DNA from: an uncultured archaeon
Lineage (GTDB): Archaea > Thermoplasmatota > Penumbrarchaeia > JASLWR01
Assembly (NCBI GenBank): GCA_964342815.1
Contig: CAYFHS010000011.1
Location: 591 to 64,590, forward strand
Direction of reading: 5' to 3'
DNA: 64,000 nucleotides
A program made the translations under genes and the position numbers. A model generated the notes under the pieces. It saw only the letters and a program-made list of their open reading frames with translations, was not told the origin of the DNA and ran no database searches. This document shows, in pieces, positions 9,009 through 19,088 of this stretch (positions are counted from its first letter, which is position 1; each line of letters starts with the position of its first letter).

Positions 9009-11081
9009 ATGGTAAATCCGGAAAGAAAACCGAACCGGCTCATTAGGGAAAGAAGCCCATATCTGCTCCAGCATGCACACAACCCTGTGGACTGGTATCC
9101 CTGGGGTGATGAAGCGTTCAAGGAAGCGGAAAAAAAGGAGAAACCCGTTTTTCTCTCTATAGGATATTCAGCTTGTCACTGGTGCCACGTGATGGCAGAA
9201 GAATCTTTCGATGATGAACAGGTTGCAGCAGCCCTGAATGAAGCATTCATCCCGGTCAAGGTGGACAGGGAGGAACGACCCGATATCGATGATATCTATA
9301 TGACGGCATGCCAGGCCATCACAGGAAGCGGGGGATGGCCGCTGACCATCATCATGACACCTGACAGGAAACCGTTCTTTGCGGCCACCTATATACCAAA
9401 ACATGGCAGATTCGGCAGACCGGGATTGCTGGACCTGATACCAAGGATTTCGAATTATTGGCGAACGAGAAGAAAGGAGATTCTTGAAACGGCCGATGAG
9501 ATCACTGACATCCTGTCCTCTCGCCATGAAGGAGGGGGCGGTGAGGAGGTCGATCCAAAGATACTTGACAGATGTTATAATGACCTGAAAGCAACGTACG
9601 ACAGGGAATTCGGAGGATTCGGCTCTCCACCAAAATTTCCAATGCCCCACAGCTTGCTTTTTCTACTGCGGTACTGGCATAGAACGGGTAACAGGGAAGC
9701 TCTTTCAATGGTGGAAAACACGTTGAAAAATATGAGACACGGCGGGATCTACGACCATCTGGGTTTTGGGTTCCACCGTTATTCCACCGACCGTAGATGG
9801 CTCGTACCCCACTTCGAAAAGATGCTCTATGATCAGGCTCTCCTATCCACGGTATATTTGGAATTGTTCCATGCAACTGGAAAGCTGGAATACGGGGACA
9901 CCGCAAGGGAGATGTTGGATTACGTTCTCGGAGATATGACATCCCCCAAAGGCGGGTTCTATTCGGCAGAGGATGCGGATAGCGGGGGGGAGGAAGGGAG
10001 ATTTTATGTTTGGGAAGAAAGCGAGATCGACAAGTTATTGCCCACCGAGGAAGCAGATATCTGCAAATCCTTTTATAATATCCAAGCGAAGGGGAACTAT
10101 AAAGAAGAATCGTCTGGAATGAAAACGGGTAAAAATCTATTGTTCACGGACAGCTCGAGTGACAGCCTGTCCAAGGAAGTGCCAGAGAATCTCGAAGATA
10201 TTCGGAACAAGATGCTGAGAGAGAGGAACGGGAGGATCCGTCCGAAAAGAGATGATAAGATACTCACCAATTGGAACGGTCTCATGATAGGAGCTTTCGC
10301 CAAAGGGGGCGTGCTTCTTTCCGATAAAAGATTTATCAGGGCAGCGATGAAGGCGGCCGAATCCATCATCTCTGAAATTGGAGACAATACGTTGGCTCTC
10401 TTTCACGCTTATCCCGAGGAGAGGACCATCCCGGGATATTTGGATGATTACTCATTCTTCATATGGGGCCTGATCGAACTGTATGAGGCAACCTTTCATA
10501 CGAAATATCTGAAGATGGCCATAACATTACAAGAACACCAGATCGAACATTTCTGGGATAAAGAACACGGTGGTTTCTACTTTACTCCCGATTACGGGGA
10601 GGAATTGATAATCAGGGAAAAGGAATTCTACGATGGCGCAATTCCCTCGGGGAACTCGGTATCCTTTTTAAATCTCCTTCTCCTGGCCCGATTGACTGGA
10701 AATAACAGGTTTGAAGAATTGGCCGGTGAATTGAAAAAATCTTTTTCAAAATCCATCACGCGCAATCCGTCTGCCTTCACCCAGTTCTTGGTTGGACTGA
10801 ATTTGATCCTGTTGGAATCCAATGATGTTGTTATAGTAGGCGATCCCGATTCTGCACAAACAAAAGATATGATCGATTCCATCAGAAAGATATATATACC
10901 CAATCTGACGGTGCTTTTAAGGACCCCGGGACGACGGGGAGCGGACCTCGATGAGATCACAGGATTTACAAGGGACATGGACCAGTTGGAGGGTCGGACC
11001 ACAGCCTATGTTTGCAGGAATTCGACTTGTTCGAGGCCGATAAATGATATTGATGAGATAGTTGGTTTGTTAACTCGATAA
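9009..11081 (+). CDS. Thioredoxin-domain protein (DUF255/YyaL-like) with six-hairpin (N-acylglucosamine-epimerase-like) C-terminal region
   Basis: ORF 8910..11081. ATG 9009 follows [36 protein letters not shown] and [11 protein letters not shown] are the DUF255 thioredoxin-like signature. Confidence 0.85.
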   Translation: MVNPERKPNRLIRERSPYLLQHAHNPVDWYPWGDEAFKEAEKKEKPVFLSIGYSACHWCHVMAEESFDDEQVAAALNEAFIPVKVDREERPDIDDIYMTACQAITGSGGWPLTIIMTPDRKPFFAATYIPKHGRFGRPGLLDLIPRISNYWRTRRKEILETADEITDILSSRHEGGGGEEVDPKILDRCYNDLKATYDREFGGFGSPPKFPMPHSLLFLLRYWHRTGNREALSMVENTLKNMRHGGIYDHLGFGFHRYSTDRRWLVPHFEKMLYDQALLSTVYLELFHATGKLEYGDTAREMLDYVLGDMTSPKGGFYSAEDADSGGEEGRFYVWEESEIDKLLPTEEADICKSFYNIQAKGNYKEESSGMKTGKNLLFTDSSSDSLSKEVPENLEDIRNKMLRERNGRIRPKRDDKILTNWNGLMIGAFAKGGVLLSDKRFIRAAMKAAESIISEIGDNTLALFHAYPEERTIPGYLDDYSFFIWGLIELYEATFHTKYLKMAITLQEHQIEHFWDKEHGGFYFTPDYGEELIIREKEFYDGAIPSGNSVSFLNLLLLARLTGNNRFEELAGELKKSFSKSITRNPSAFTQFLVGLNLILLESNDVVIVGDPDSAQTKDMIDSIRKIYIPNLTVLLRTPGRRGADLDEITGFTRDMDQLEGRTTAYVCRNSTCSRPINDIDEIVGLLTR

Positions 11082-11134
11082 ACGAATATTTTGTCTACAG
11101 ATGGTAATAATTGTTGAAATGGAAGTGAAAATGA

Positions 11135-11335
11135 ATGGATGAGAAGATAGATGCTTTGTCCATTGACGGCCGAACTTACACATGTCCAAAGTGCGCGTAT
11201 TCCGACGGTTTCCACGTGTCATTCGATACTAGTAATGGTAGAATTAAGGTTATATTGATTTGCCCCGACTGCCACGCGCGTTTCGATCCCGGTTGGGAGA
11301 TCTCCAGCATAAAAGCAGACGAATTTGAAAAATGA
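11135..11335 (+). CDS. Small zinc-ribbon protein
   Basis: 66 aa with CPKC...CPDC pairs. Lies 31 nt upstream of the OFOR genes. Confidence 0.4.
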   Translation: MDEKIDALSIDGRTYTCPKCAYSDGFHVSFDTSNGRIKVILICPDCHARFDPGWEISSIKADEFEK

Positions 11336-11366
11336 ATAAGCATCCTCTACACCAAGACTATCTTTT

Positions 11367-13154
11367 GTGTGTACGGAATCCGATCAGATAATCAATCAAA
11401 TCCAGGTGGGTGCGACCTTGCAAACTAATTCAAACCAAATAATAACAATAACTCTGGCAGGAGAAGCAGGGAAGGGTATCCAATCGGTAGAGCATATCCT
11501 CACTAGGGCCTTAAAGCTCTCAGGATACCATATATTCTCCACCAAGGAATACATGTCCAGGGTCCGAGGAGGTAGTAACTCCACCCAAATAAGGGTTTCC
11601 TCAAGGCCCGTAAACTGCATGTCCAGATACTGTGATCTCCTTCTTCCCATGGATCTCGCCTCAGCCAATAGAATGAAGGATTATCTGTCTGAGAACGGTC
11701 TGATAATCGCTGACACCTCGGTGGCCAAGCATATTGATTCCGCAAAATACACCATCATCTCCGCTCCCATAGCACAGTTCTCAAAAGAACTGGGAGCGGC
11801 ATACTACTCAAACGTCATCTTGGCAGGTATAATATGTGGAATTCTGAATATTGAAAAGAACATCCTTAACCAAAACGTAAAAACCATATTTTCTAAAAAA
11901 ACCACTGATATCGTCCTGAAGAACCTGGAAGCAGCCAAGCACGGATACAGCATGGGACTTCAAATTTCTTCCGAAAACAAGCTTTCGATTAAGCTAACCC
12001 CAAACCCCGAAACCTCCAACAACATCTTGGTTAACGGGTCTGAAGCGGTTGGTCTGGGAGCAATCGCCGGAGGGTGCAATTTCATTGCATCTTACCCTAT
12101 GTCTCCCTCAACAGGAGTACTCACATACCTCAGCCGACATGCGAAGGAATTCGGCATAATAGCGGAACAGGCCGAGGACGAAATTGCCGTCATCAACATG
12201 GCTCTGGGGGCCTGGTATGCCGGCGCCAGGGCTTTGGTAACCACCTCCGGAGGCGGTTTCGCCCTGATGGAGGAGGGGATCAGTCTCGCAGGTATAACCG
12301 AACTTCCCGTGGTGGTCCATTTGGCACAGCGACCCGGACCCGGGACCGGTCTTCCCACAAGAACAGAGCAGGGGGACCTTGAAATGGCACTTTACTCCGG
12401 TCACGGAGAGTTCCCCCGGATGATATTCGCACCCGGCGAGCTTAACCAGGCTTTCACCCTCACAAAGCACGCGTTCAACATGAGTGATAAATATCAGATT
12501 CCAGTTTTCATACTTACGGACCAGTACACCATGGATACTTACTATGACATCCCGGAACTCGGCTTGCCATTCGAAAAACCAGTACACCACACCATAAAAA
12601 CAACAAAAGAGTACCAACGCTACGCTCTCACACAAAACGGTGTATCTCCCCGGGGTATTCCATCACACGGCAAGGGTCTGGTCCTTGTTGACAGTGACGA
12701 GCATGACGAATCCGGACGGATCACCGAAGATCTTGAGCTCCGCATCAAAATGACAGAAAAACGCCTTAAAAAGTTTCAGACAATGAAACCCGACCTTTTG
12801 CCGCCCAGCATATATAGGTTCTCGCCGGAAACCGACAAAGAAGACATCTATGTGATATGCTGGGGTTCCACCTTAAATCCGGTAAAAAAAGCCTTGGAGA
12901 TGCTATCAAACCCAAACATCACCTTGCTCCACTTTTCCCAACCATTCCCAATTCCCGATGACGCTATCGCCATCTTATCCGACACTAAAAAAATAATATC
13001 CATAGAAGGTAACGCCACAGGACAGTTCTCACGCATTCTTCAGGGCCACTATGCCATACAAACACAGCACCTGATCACTAAATTCAACGGTATGCAGTTC
13101 ACCCCCGAAGAGCTCGTAGACCGGATATCAAAGGCACTGAAGGAGGTGGCCTGA
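11367..13154 (+). CDS. korA: 2-oxoacid:ferredoxin oxidoreductase, fused gamma-alpha subunit
   Basis: 595 aa. Gamma-like N-terminus (ITLAGEAGKGIQS, RGGSNSTQIRVS) fused to an alpha domain (NGSEAVGLGAIAGGCNFIASYPMSPST, GGGFALMEEG). The stop is directly followed by the beta-subunit ATG. The exact start is uncertain. Confidence 0.85.
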   Translation: MCTESDQIINQIQVGATLQTNSNQIITITLAGEAGKGIQSVEHILTRALKLSGYHIFSTKEYMSRVRGGSNSTQIRVSSRPVNCMSRYCDLLLPMDLASANRMKDYLSENGLIIADTSVAKHIDSAKYTIISAPIAQFSKELGAAYYSNVILAGIICGILNIEKNILNQNVKTIFSKKTTDIVLKNLEAAKHGYSMGLQISSENKLSIKLTPNPETSNNILVNGSEAVGLGAIAGGCNFIASYPMSPSTGVLTYLSRHAKEFGIIAEQAEDEIAVINMALGAWYAGARALVTTSGGGFALMEEGISLAGITELPVVVHLAQRPGPGTGLPTRTEQGDLEMALYSGHGEFPRMIFAPGELNQAFTLTKHAFNMSDKYQIPVFILTDQYTMDTYYDIPELGLPFEKPVHHTIKTTKEYQRYALTQNGVSPRGIPSHGKGLVLVDSDEHDESGRITEDLELRIKMTEKRLKKFQTMKPDLLPPSIYRFSPETDKEDIYVICWGSTLNPVKKALEMLSNPNITLLHFSQPFPIPDDAIAILSDTKKIISIEGNATGQFSRILQGHYAIQTQHLITKFNGMQFTPEELVDRISKALKEVA

Positions 13155-14063
13155 ATGTCAAATCCCTTTGATGTGGAAAACATAGACATCGCATGGTGCC
13201 CCGGCTGCGGAAATTTCGGGATACTCAAAATACTTAAAAAAGCCTTAAACGAACTTTCTATATCTCCCTCTGAGCTCGTAATGGTATCCGGTATAGGTCA
13301 GGCGGCCAAGATCCCCCAGTACATGGAATGCAACTATTTCAACGGACTGCATGGCCGGGCACTGCCGCCGGCCACGGCAATCAAAGCCAGCAATCCAAAC
13401 CTCACCGTTATTGCAGAATCAGGCGATGGTGACATGTACGGAGAGGGAGGCAATCACTTCATTCACACCATCAGAAGAAACCCGAATATCACAAACATAA
13501 TTCATGATAACATGATCTACGGGCTCACAAAGGGACAGGCCTCACCCACCACCCGCAAGGGAATGGTAACATCCCTTCAATTCGACGGCGTCATCAACGA
13601 ACCCTTCAATCCCCTGGCCGTTGCAATATCCCTGGACGCTTCCTTCGTTGCAAGGATCTACTCCGGACACCAGGAGCAATCCGTGGAGATTATCAAAAAG
13701 GCCATCATCCATGAGGGTTATTCTCTGGTGGACATCCTGCATCCCTGTGTGTCATTCAATAAGATCAATACATACCAGTGGTACAATGAAAACACTTACT
13801 ATCTCCATGACCAACACGATCCCCGAAACCGCCTTTCAGCATTCGAAAAGGCTATCCAGCAGGACAAGCTGCCTCTGGGAATTTTTTATATCAATAATGA
13901 TAAACAGCCCTTCGAAAAGCTTCTGTCGGGAAACCGGAACGGATCACCACCACTTTTTAAAAGAAAATTGGATATTAATAAACTCCGAGAACTCATTGAT
14001 TCAAACCGAACAGCAGGGCAGACGCCTTCATTAAAGGGAGGGATTCACCCCCGTTCCCTTTAA
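13155..14063 (+). CDS. korB: 2-oxoacid:ferredoxin oxidoreductase, beta (TPP-binding) subunit
   Basis: [12 protein letters not shown] Cys motif and TPP-binding [19 protein letters not shown] upstream. Confidence 0.9.
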   Translation: MSNPFDVENIDIAWCPGCGNFGILKILKKALNELSISPSELVMVSGIGQAAKIPQYMECNYFNGLHGRALPPATAIKASNPNLTVIAESGDGDMYGEGGNHFIHTIRRNPNITNIIHDNMIYGLTKGQASPTTRKGMVTSLQFDGVINEPFNPLAVAISLDASFVARIYSGHQEQSVEIIKKAIIHEGYSLVDILHPCVSFNKINTYQWYNENTYYLHDQHDPRNRLSAFEKAIQQDKLPLGIFYINNDKQPFEKLLSGNRNGSPPLFKRKLDINKLRELIDSNRTAGQTPSLKGGIHPRSL

Positions 14064-14149
14064 ATGCAAGGCAATAATTTATTCTTGGCAGGTTTATCTT
14101 CAGAATCAAAGAATGAAATATCTTAATTACGGGAAAAGTAGCTGCCTGT

Positions 14150-14926
14150 ATGATGAATATTTCCGGTAGTAAGTACGCGGTGGTGCGGGGTGTGCCGAAT
14201 ACCTATGACAAGTGTATCAAGACTAGAATTTCTAAAGAAAAGATCGACGTAAAATTGGCAAAGGAATAGCATCGAGCCTACTGCGAAATATTGGGAAGGC
14301 TCGGTCTTAGCGTAATTAGAGTAAAGGCCGACCATAGGCTTCCCGATTGCTGTTTTGTGGAAGATACGGCAGTGGTATTCGGAGGAAAGGCAGTAATATC
14401 ATACATGGGGATCGGATCCCGGATCCATGAACCACTGGAAATCAGGAAGGTACTGGCAGACTACAAAAAGATCTGCTTCATTAAAGCACCTGCCGCCATG
14501 GAAGGCGGGGACGTATTGAAAATTGGCAAAAAAGTCTATATTGGCTTATCCAGACGCACCAACCAATATGGGATTCAACAGGTGAGATCGTTTATCTCGG
14601 AGGACGGGTATCGGATAATACCTGTCAAGACCGAGAACATATTACATCTCAAATCCGCATGCACTTACATTGGTAACGACGTAATTCTATTATATCCGGG
14701 ACATTTCGATAGAGGGGCATTTTCCCGGTACACGAAGATCATAGTTCCCAAAGGAGAGGCCTATGGTGCCAACTGCCTGTCCATCAACGGGAAAGTACTG
14801 GTTCCAAAAGGATTTCCCCATACAAAAAAATTGATCGAAAATGAGGGATTTGAAACTATCGTGGTGGAGATGTCGGAATTCAGAAAAGGCGACGGGAGTT
14901 TAACGTGCCTATCCGTAATATTTTGA
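14150..14926 (+). pseudogene. Dimethylarginine dimethylaminohydrolase (DDAH)/amidinotransferase-fold gene interrupted by one in-frame TAG (14267..14269)
   Basis: The ORF track gives only 14291..14926. In the same frame, ATG 14150 encodes MMNISGSKYAVVRGVPNTYDKCIKTRISKEKIDVKLAKE-TAG-HRAYCEILGRLG. This aligns with the N-terminus of Pseudomonas DDAH (KHIIARTP...YAKALEQHNAYIRAL...FVED), with the TAG at the conserved Gln. The C-terminal GDGSLTCLSV holds the catalytic Cys. Confidence 0.7.
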
Positions 14927-15120
14927 TCGCTAATTGGCTGTTTTACCGGTGCTATGATGGAAAAAAATCTCGTTGCCGCGGAAAAAAGAACACAGCAGTG
15001 GCTATCACTCAGCTCCATATCCATTTTCAATAGAAAAGTGGATAAAAAATGTCTGATAAGTTTCCATGGGAGCCGTCTTTGTCACTCTGCCAAGTTAATC
15101 GCTTTACCGACATCAAGACT

Positions 15121-15303
15121 CTATTTCTCTATCTCGAAAAGTTCGGCGGTGGGCGAGTTTTTCTTGACGGATTCGATTCCCTTGACGCAGTTCTGTTTTG
15201 TCGTATAACCCTGGCTCGAGCAGATGACCTGGTCATTTGCCGCTCTCAGATGAAAATACCACTTTTGGTTCTTGCCGGATTTCCATATCTCGAATTTCTG
15301 CAT
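15121..15303 (-). CDS. DUF1508 (YegP-like) domain protein
   Basis: 60 aa. KWYFHLRAANDQVICSSQGYTTKQNCVKGIESVKKN matches the DUF1508 repeat pattern (WRF.LKA.NG..I..SE.Y......NGI.SVK.N). Confidence 0.7.
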   Translation of the reverse strand: MQKFEIWKSGKNQKWYFHLRAANDQVICSSQGYTTKQNCVKGIESVKKNSPTAELFEIEK

Positions 15304-15452
15304 ATTCTACTCCTCCTTGAGTTCACAAATCACGGTATTCATTGATCTGTAGATATCCCCAATAACGGTCTGTATTATATAATTAATCTAAATCATTTAA
15401 CAGAAAAAGACTTCATTTTCTCGATAATACTCATGGGATTTGATCTTCTGGT

Positions 15453-15998
15453 CTACTCGTCGATTACGAAAACGGCGGCGGCTATCACCGTGGTCCAAAG
15501 TCCTTCCTTTGCTCCTTTGGCGGATTGAGTAACAGTGGTTGTCGTAATTATCTTTCCGGATGCTTTATAGATCTGTTTTCTTTCGTCCCAGGCCTGATCA
15601 ACATCGAATTCTATGCCCAGTGTGGTTGCCAGCATGGTTGCGGCAAGGTCTTCAGCGTAATCACCGGAAACCTTTGCCGACTGCCCGTATGCATGGTGTT
15701 CCGAGAGATAACCGTAACCCCCCTTGGCAGGTCGCGCGATACCAAGAGAAGCGGATATCTGCCGGTTCGCTTCATCCGTGGAATTCTCCGACATCACCAC
15801 AAAGAGTATCTGACCCGGTTGAACCAACTTCAAACCCTCGTCTTTCGAGATGGTTTTCACGTTTGGAGGAAGGATACTGGATACTTTCACGAGATTGAAT
15901 TTCTCGATCCCAGCCTTTCTAAGTGCCTGTTCGAAGGATGCGAGTTTTTCCTTATGGACTCCCAAACCTTTGGTGAAAAAAATCTTATTTGGTATCAT
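15453..15998 (-). CDS. pdaD: Pyruvoyl-dependent arginine decarboxylase
   Basis: 181 aa. [10 protein letters not shown] contains the Ser-Ser self-cleavage site. Overall PdaD length and pattern. Lies 8 nt downstream of the DHS gene. TAG stop. Confidence 0.9.
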   Translation of the reverse strand: MIPNKIFFTKGLGVHKEKLASFEQALRKAGIEKFNLVKVSSILPPNVKTISKDEGLKLVQPGQILFVVMSENSTDEANRQISASLGIARPAKGGYGYLSEHHAYGQSAKVSGDYAEDLAATMLATTLGIEFDVDQAWDERKQIYKASGKIITTTTVTQSAKGAKEGLWTTVIAAAVFVIDE

Positions 15999-16006
15999 TT
16001 TTACAC

Positions 16007-17026
16007 TTACCTGAGCATTTTCGCCAATTTTTTCTCATTCCTTTCTTTCCAGTCACCTTTGTGATAAACATAACTGGCCATCAGCGGGAAGGCGATGGTT
16101 GCCTCTGAAAACACCATTTGTTCATAATGGTTGTCCACCTTTCCCCATGAATGCGCCTCCTTTAGAGTAGAGCCCGAAAGCGCCCCGTCCCTCTCGTCGG
16201 CAACTGTGATCTGTACGGCGTACTTGTGCATCTTTGTATCTTCGCCCAGAATATCTGATGCCACCGTTATGTCTTGAGCGAAATTCTTTGGAACTCCGCC
16301 TCCGATCATGACCAGCCCCGTTTCCCCCGAGGAGATCTTTATCCGTGTAAGATCGAGGAAATCCTTGACGCTGTCTATGGTGACCTTCGCTTCGCTCCCG
16401 CGTCCGCTCTGGTGATGTATCAGGCCTAGACCTGCCGAGGAATCGGAAAAGGCGGGTACGAATACGGGAACATCTTTTCTGTAACATTCAAGAACCACCG
16501 AGCCGTTATCCTTCCCAACATTATCGAGGTACCTGCCCATTTTCCGGATGAATTCCTGGGATGAATATGCGCGGGGCGGAAGACCATTGGCGATATCCGC
16601 AACCGTCATGTCGCATATCCTCAGTTCATCCTCGTCGATATAGGTGTCATAGATCCGGTCTATGGATTTTTTTCTCAACATTTCATCGTCCACAAAGGGC
16701 GTGCCCCTGTAATGGGAAAAACCCAGGGCTTCGAAGAAATCCTGGTCCACCATTATTGCGCCGGTGGAGACGATGGCATCCACCATGTTGCACCGGACAA
16801 GTTTGCGGACCGTCTCTTTAAGTCCGGCGCTGAATAGAGAGCCTGCGAGACACAGGATTATGGTACAGTCGGGCTCCTCGATCATCCTCGCGTATATCTC
16901 GGCGGCATTGGCCAGATTCCGGGCCTGAAATGCCATGTTTCTGAAAGATTCCATCAGAGGAGTGCTGTCGAATTTGGTGATGTCGATGTGATCGATCTCC
17001 ACTGAAAGAATTTCTTCCTTATCCAT
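16007..17026 (-). CDS. dys: Deoxyhypusine synthase (or DHS-like homospermidine synthase)
   Basis: ORF 16007..17041. ATG 17026 (MDKEEILS) has an AGAGG-type site upstream. GGGVPKNF and EAHSWGKV (catalytic Lys context, cf. EAVSWGK). Confidence 0.9.
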   Translation of the reverse strand: MDKEEILSVEIDHIDITKFDSTPLMESFRNMAFQARNLANAAEIYARMIEEPDCTIILCLAGSLFSAGLKETVRKLVRCNMVDAIVSTGAIMVDQDFFEALGFSHYRGTPFVDDEMLRKKSIDRIYDTYIDEDELRICDMTVADIANGLPPRAYSSQEFIRKMGRYLDNVGKDNGSVVLECYRKDVPVFVPAFSDSSAGLGLIHHQSGRGSEAKVTIDSVKDFLDLTRIKISSGETGLVMIGGGVPKNFAQDITVASDILGEDTKMHKYAVQITVADERDGALSGSTLKEAHSWGKVDNHYEQMVFSEATIAFPLMASYVYHKGDWKERNEKKLAKMLR

Positions 17027-17080
17027 GTGGGTTCCTCTCATTTAATGCGAATGAAGAAAAAATGTTCAGGCACCGGATGA

Positions 17081-17090
17081 ATTTAAATTT
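17081..17090 (-). promoter_or_regulatory. TATA-box-like element (AAATTTAAAT) about 40 nt upstream of the DHS ORF
   Basis: AT-rich box preceded by an A-run. Position fits a short 5' leader. Confidence 0.25.
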
Positions 17091-17139
17091 TTTGGAATTA
17101 TTGGAACGCGTGAACTCAATAGTTAATGCCTTTCAATAT

Positions 17140-18969
17140 CTAATCCACCGTCAGCGTTTTGGAAAGATTCCTTGGATAATCCGGATCGATCCCGTTTTCC
17201 GTTGCCCAGAAATAGGCCAGAAGCTGTATCGGTATAATATTGATGAGCGGACTCAGGTTAGGTCCCGCCCGTGGGGTTGCAATATAATGATGGCTGTTCA
17301 TCCTTAAGGAGCGGGAATCTTCGGATATTACTATTACACGCCCCTTTCTGCAGGATACTTCATTCATGTGAGACACTATCATATATGTGTCCTCCGGGGT
17401 GGTAATGAATATTATGGGATAATCCTCTGTAACGATGGACAGGGGGCCGTGCTTGAACTCGGAACTGTACATCCCCTCGCAGTGGACATAAGTTATCTCC
17501 TTGATCTTCAGAGCTCCCTCGAGGGCGATACCGTGGCAAACGCCGTACCCGAGACAGTAGCAATCCTGCGTCCCATGCAGTTTCTTCGCCAGTTTCTTGA
17601 CCTTTGGTTTCACGTGCTCGATAGTTCGGGCAAGAAGGTGAGGCAGCGTGTGCAGCTCTTTTGTCAATTCCCGGGACCGCCTTGCCGAGAGCCTTCCAGT
17701 GAGCTTACCCAGTTTAAGGGCCACGAAATAAAGCAGGATCACCTGGTTCGTGAACGTCTTTGTGGCCGGCACGCTTATCTCGAGATCGCAGACTAGGGGA
17801 AGATAGACGTCGGTGTTCAACATTAGTGTGGAGCCAAGCACGTTCAGGATGCCCAGCAGGGTTCCTTTTTCGGTCTTGCGAAGGAAGTTCAAGCCGTTTA
17901 TTACGTCTTTTGTTTCCCCGGATTGTGAGATGAAGATAACACAGTCCTCGTCGGTGATCGAATAACCGTAGTTGTCTATGAACTGCCCGGCGATGACCGG
18001 TATGACCGGCATTCCTGCGAACTTGTTGAAGAAATACGATCCGGTAATGGCCGCGTTCAGCGACGAGCCGCATGCAACGATGAACGTCCTCCTTGCTTCG
18101 GCGATACGTTCTATAAAACTGTCAACGAAATCGGATTCCTCCAGAGTTTCGAGCAGCATCTCAGCTCTTTTGGGCTGGTCGTATATCTCCTTTAGCATGA
18201 AATGGTCGAACCCGCCTTTTGTGGCCGTCTCCGGGTCAAGTTCGCTCTCTTTTGGTTTACGGGCGATTTCCTTTCCGTCCTCTATTGAAAATATCTCAAA
18301 TTTATTCTCGTCGAAGCGGACGCACTCACCATCTATCAGGGGTAGTATCATTTTGGTCAGTGGAAGTATCGACGGGAGATCGCTGCTGCAGCATATGAAA
18401 TCCTCGCCCACACCGAGATAAAGGCTGCTTCCTCTTTTTACAGCATAAATTTCATTCGAATGGATGGTTGTTATCACAAAGGCATAGTCACCGTGAAGGT
18501 CCTCGTCCCCTCGCATTATCGCCGCTTTGAGATCACCTCCGTTCTCATCGTAATATTTTTCCACTGTGTGAACCACCATCTCCCCGTCGTTCCATCCCCG
18601 CACCTCATGGCCTTCGCTTTTGTATAAATTCTTCAATTGGGTGCAGTTGACGATATTACCATTGTGAGCACCTATCATATCGCCGTCACAATCGTAATGA
18701 GGTTGGGCGTTTCTTCTGGAGGGCCTTCCGAACGTTGCCCAGCGTAATTGTATGATGCCGCGCTCGCCGACGACCTCGCCGAACTGGTGGTCCAGGCTCA
18801 CCTGTTCGATGGTTCCGGCATCTTTTCTCAGCTCGGTATTTTTACCGTCCACCACCCCGATTCCCACCGAATCATAACCCCTGTAAACCAATCTGCGGCC
18901 CGCCTCAAGGAGTATCTTTCCCATGTCTGCATTTCTAGTACCGTATACTATTCCGAAGATTCCACACAT
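17140..18969 (-). CDS. glmS: Glutamine--fructose-6-phosphate aminotransferase
   Basis: The ORF starts at 18990, but MCGIFGIV requires Cys at position 2 (Ntn nucleophile), so the start is 18969. Two SIS domains. Conserved C-terminus ...KTLTVD followed by TAG. Confidence 0.95.
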   Translation of the reverse strand: MCGIFGIVYGTRNADMGKILLEAGRRLVYRGYDSVGIGVVDGKNTELRKDAGTIEQVSLDHQFGEVVGERGIIQLRWATFGRPSRRNAQPHYDCDGDMIGAHNGNIVNCTQLKNLYKSEGHEVRGWNDGEMVVHTVEKYYDENGGDLKAAIMRGDEDLHGDYAFVITTIHSNEIYAVKRGSSLYLGVGEDFICCSSDLPSILPLTKMILPLIDGECVRFDENKFEIFSIEDGKEIARKPKESELDPETATKGGFDHFMLKEIYDQPKRAEMLLETLEESDFVDSFIERIAEARRTFIVACGSSLNAAITGSYFFNKFAGMPVIPVIAGQFIDNYGYSITDEDCVIFISQSGETKDVINGLNFLRKTEKGTLLGILNVLGSTLMLNTDVYLPLVCDLEISVPATKTFTNQVILLYFVALKLGKLTGRLSARRSRELTKELHTLPHLLARTIEHVKPKVKKLAKKLHGTQDCYCLGYGVCHGIALEGALKIKEITYVHCEGMYSSEFKHGPLSIVTEDYPIIFITTPEDTYMIVSHMNEVSCRKGRVIVISEDSRSLRMNSHHYIATPRAGPNLSPLINIIPIQLLAYFWATENGIDPDYPRNLSKTLTVD

Positions 18970-18992
18970 AATTCCCTGGATGGGATTCATTC

Positions 18993-19001
18993 ATATTAAA
19001 A
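18993..19001 (-). promoter_or_regulatory. TATA-box-like element (TTTTAATAT) 23 nt upstream of the glmS ATG
   Basis: The spacing implies a leaderless or near-leaderless transcript if this is an archaeal promoter. Confidence 0.3.
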
Positions 19002-19088
19002 CTACTCGGAAATTTCGAAATAATAATCACGGTGTGCTATTCTGGATTACTTTCGCCCCATTGTCCATGTTTTCCTCTTTTTTTAAAA

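Noticed and set aside
14267-14269. TAG reassignment (Gln code or pyrrolysine)
   Set aside because: TAG is the terminator at the conserved C-terminus of glmS (…TVD). It also ends pnp, por, pdaD, the DsrE-like gene and the methyltransferase. No pyl genes or methylamine methyltransferases are present.
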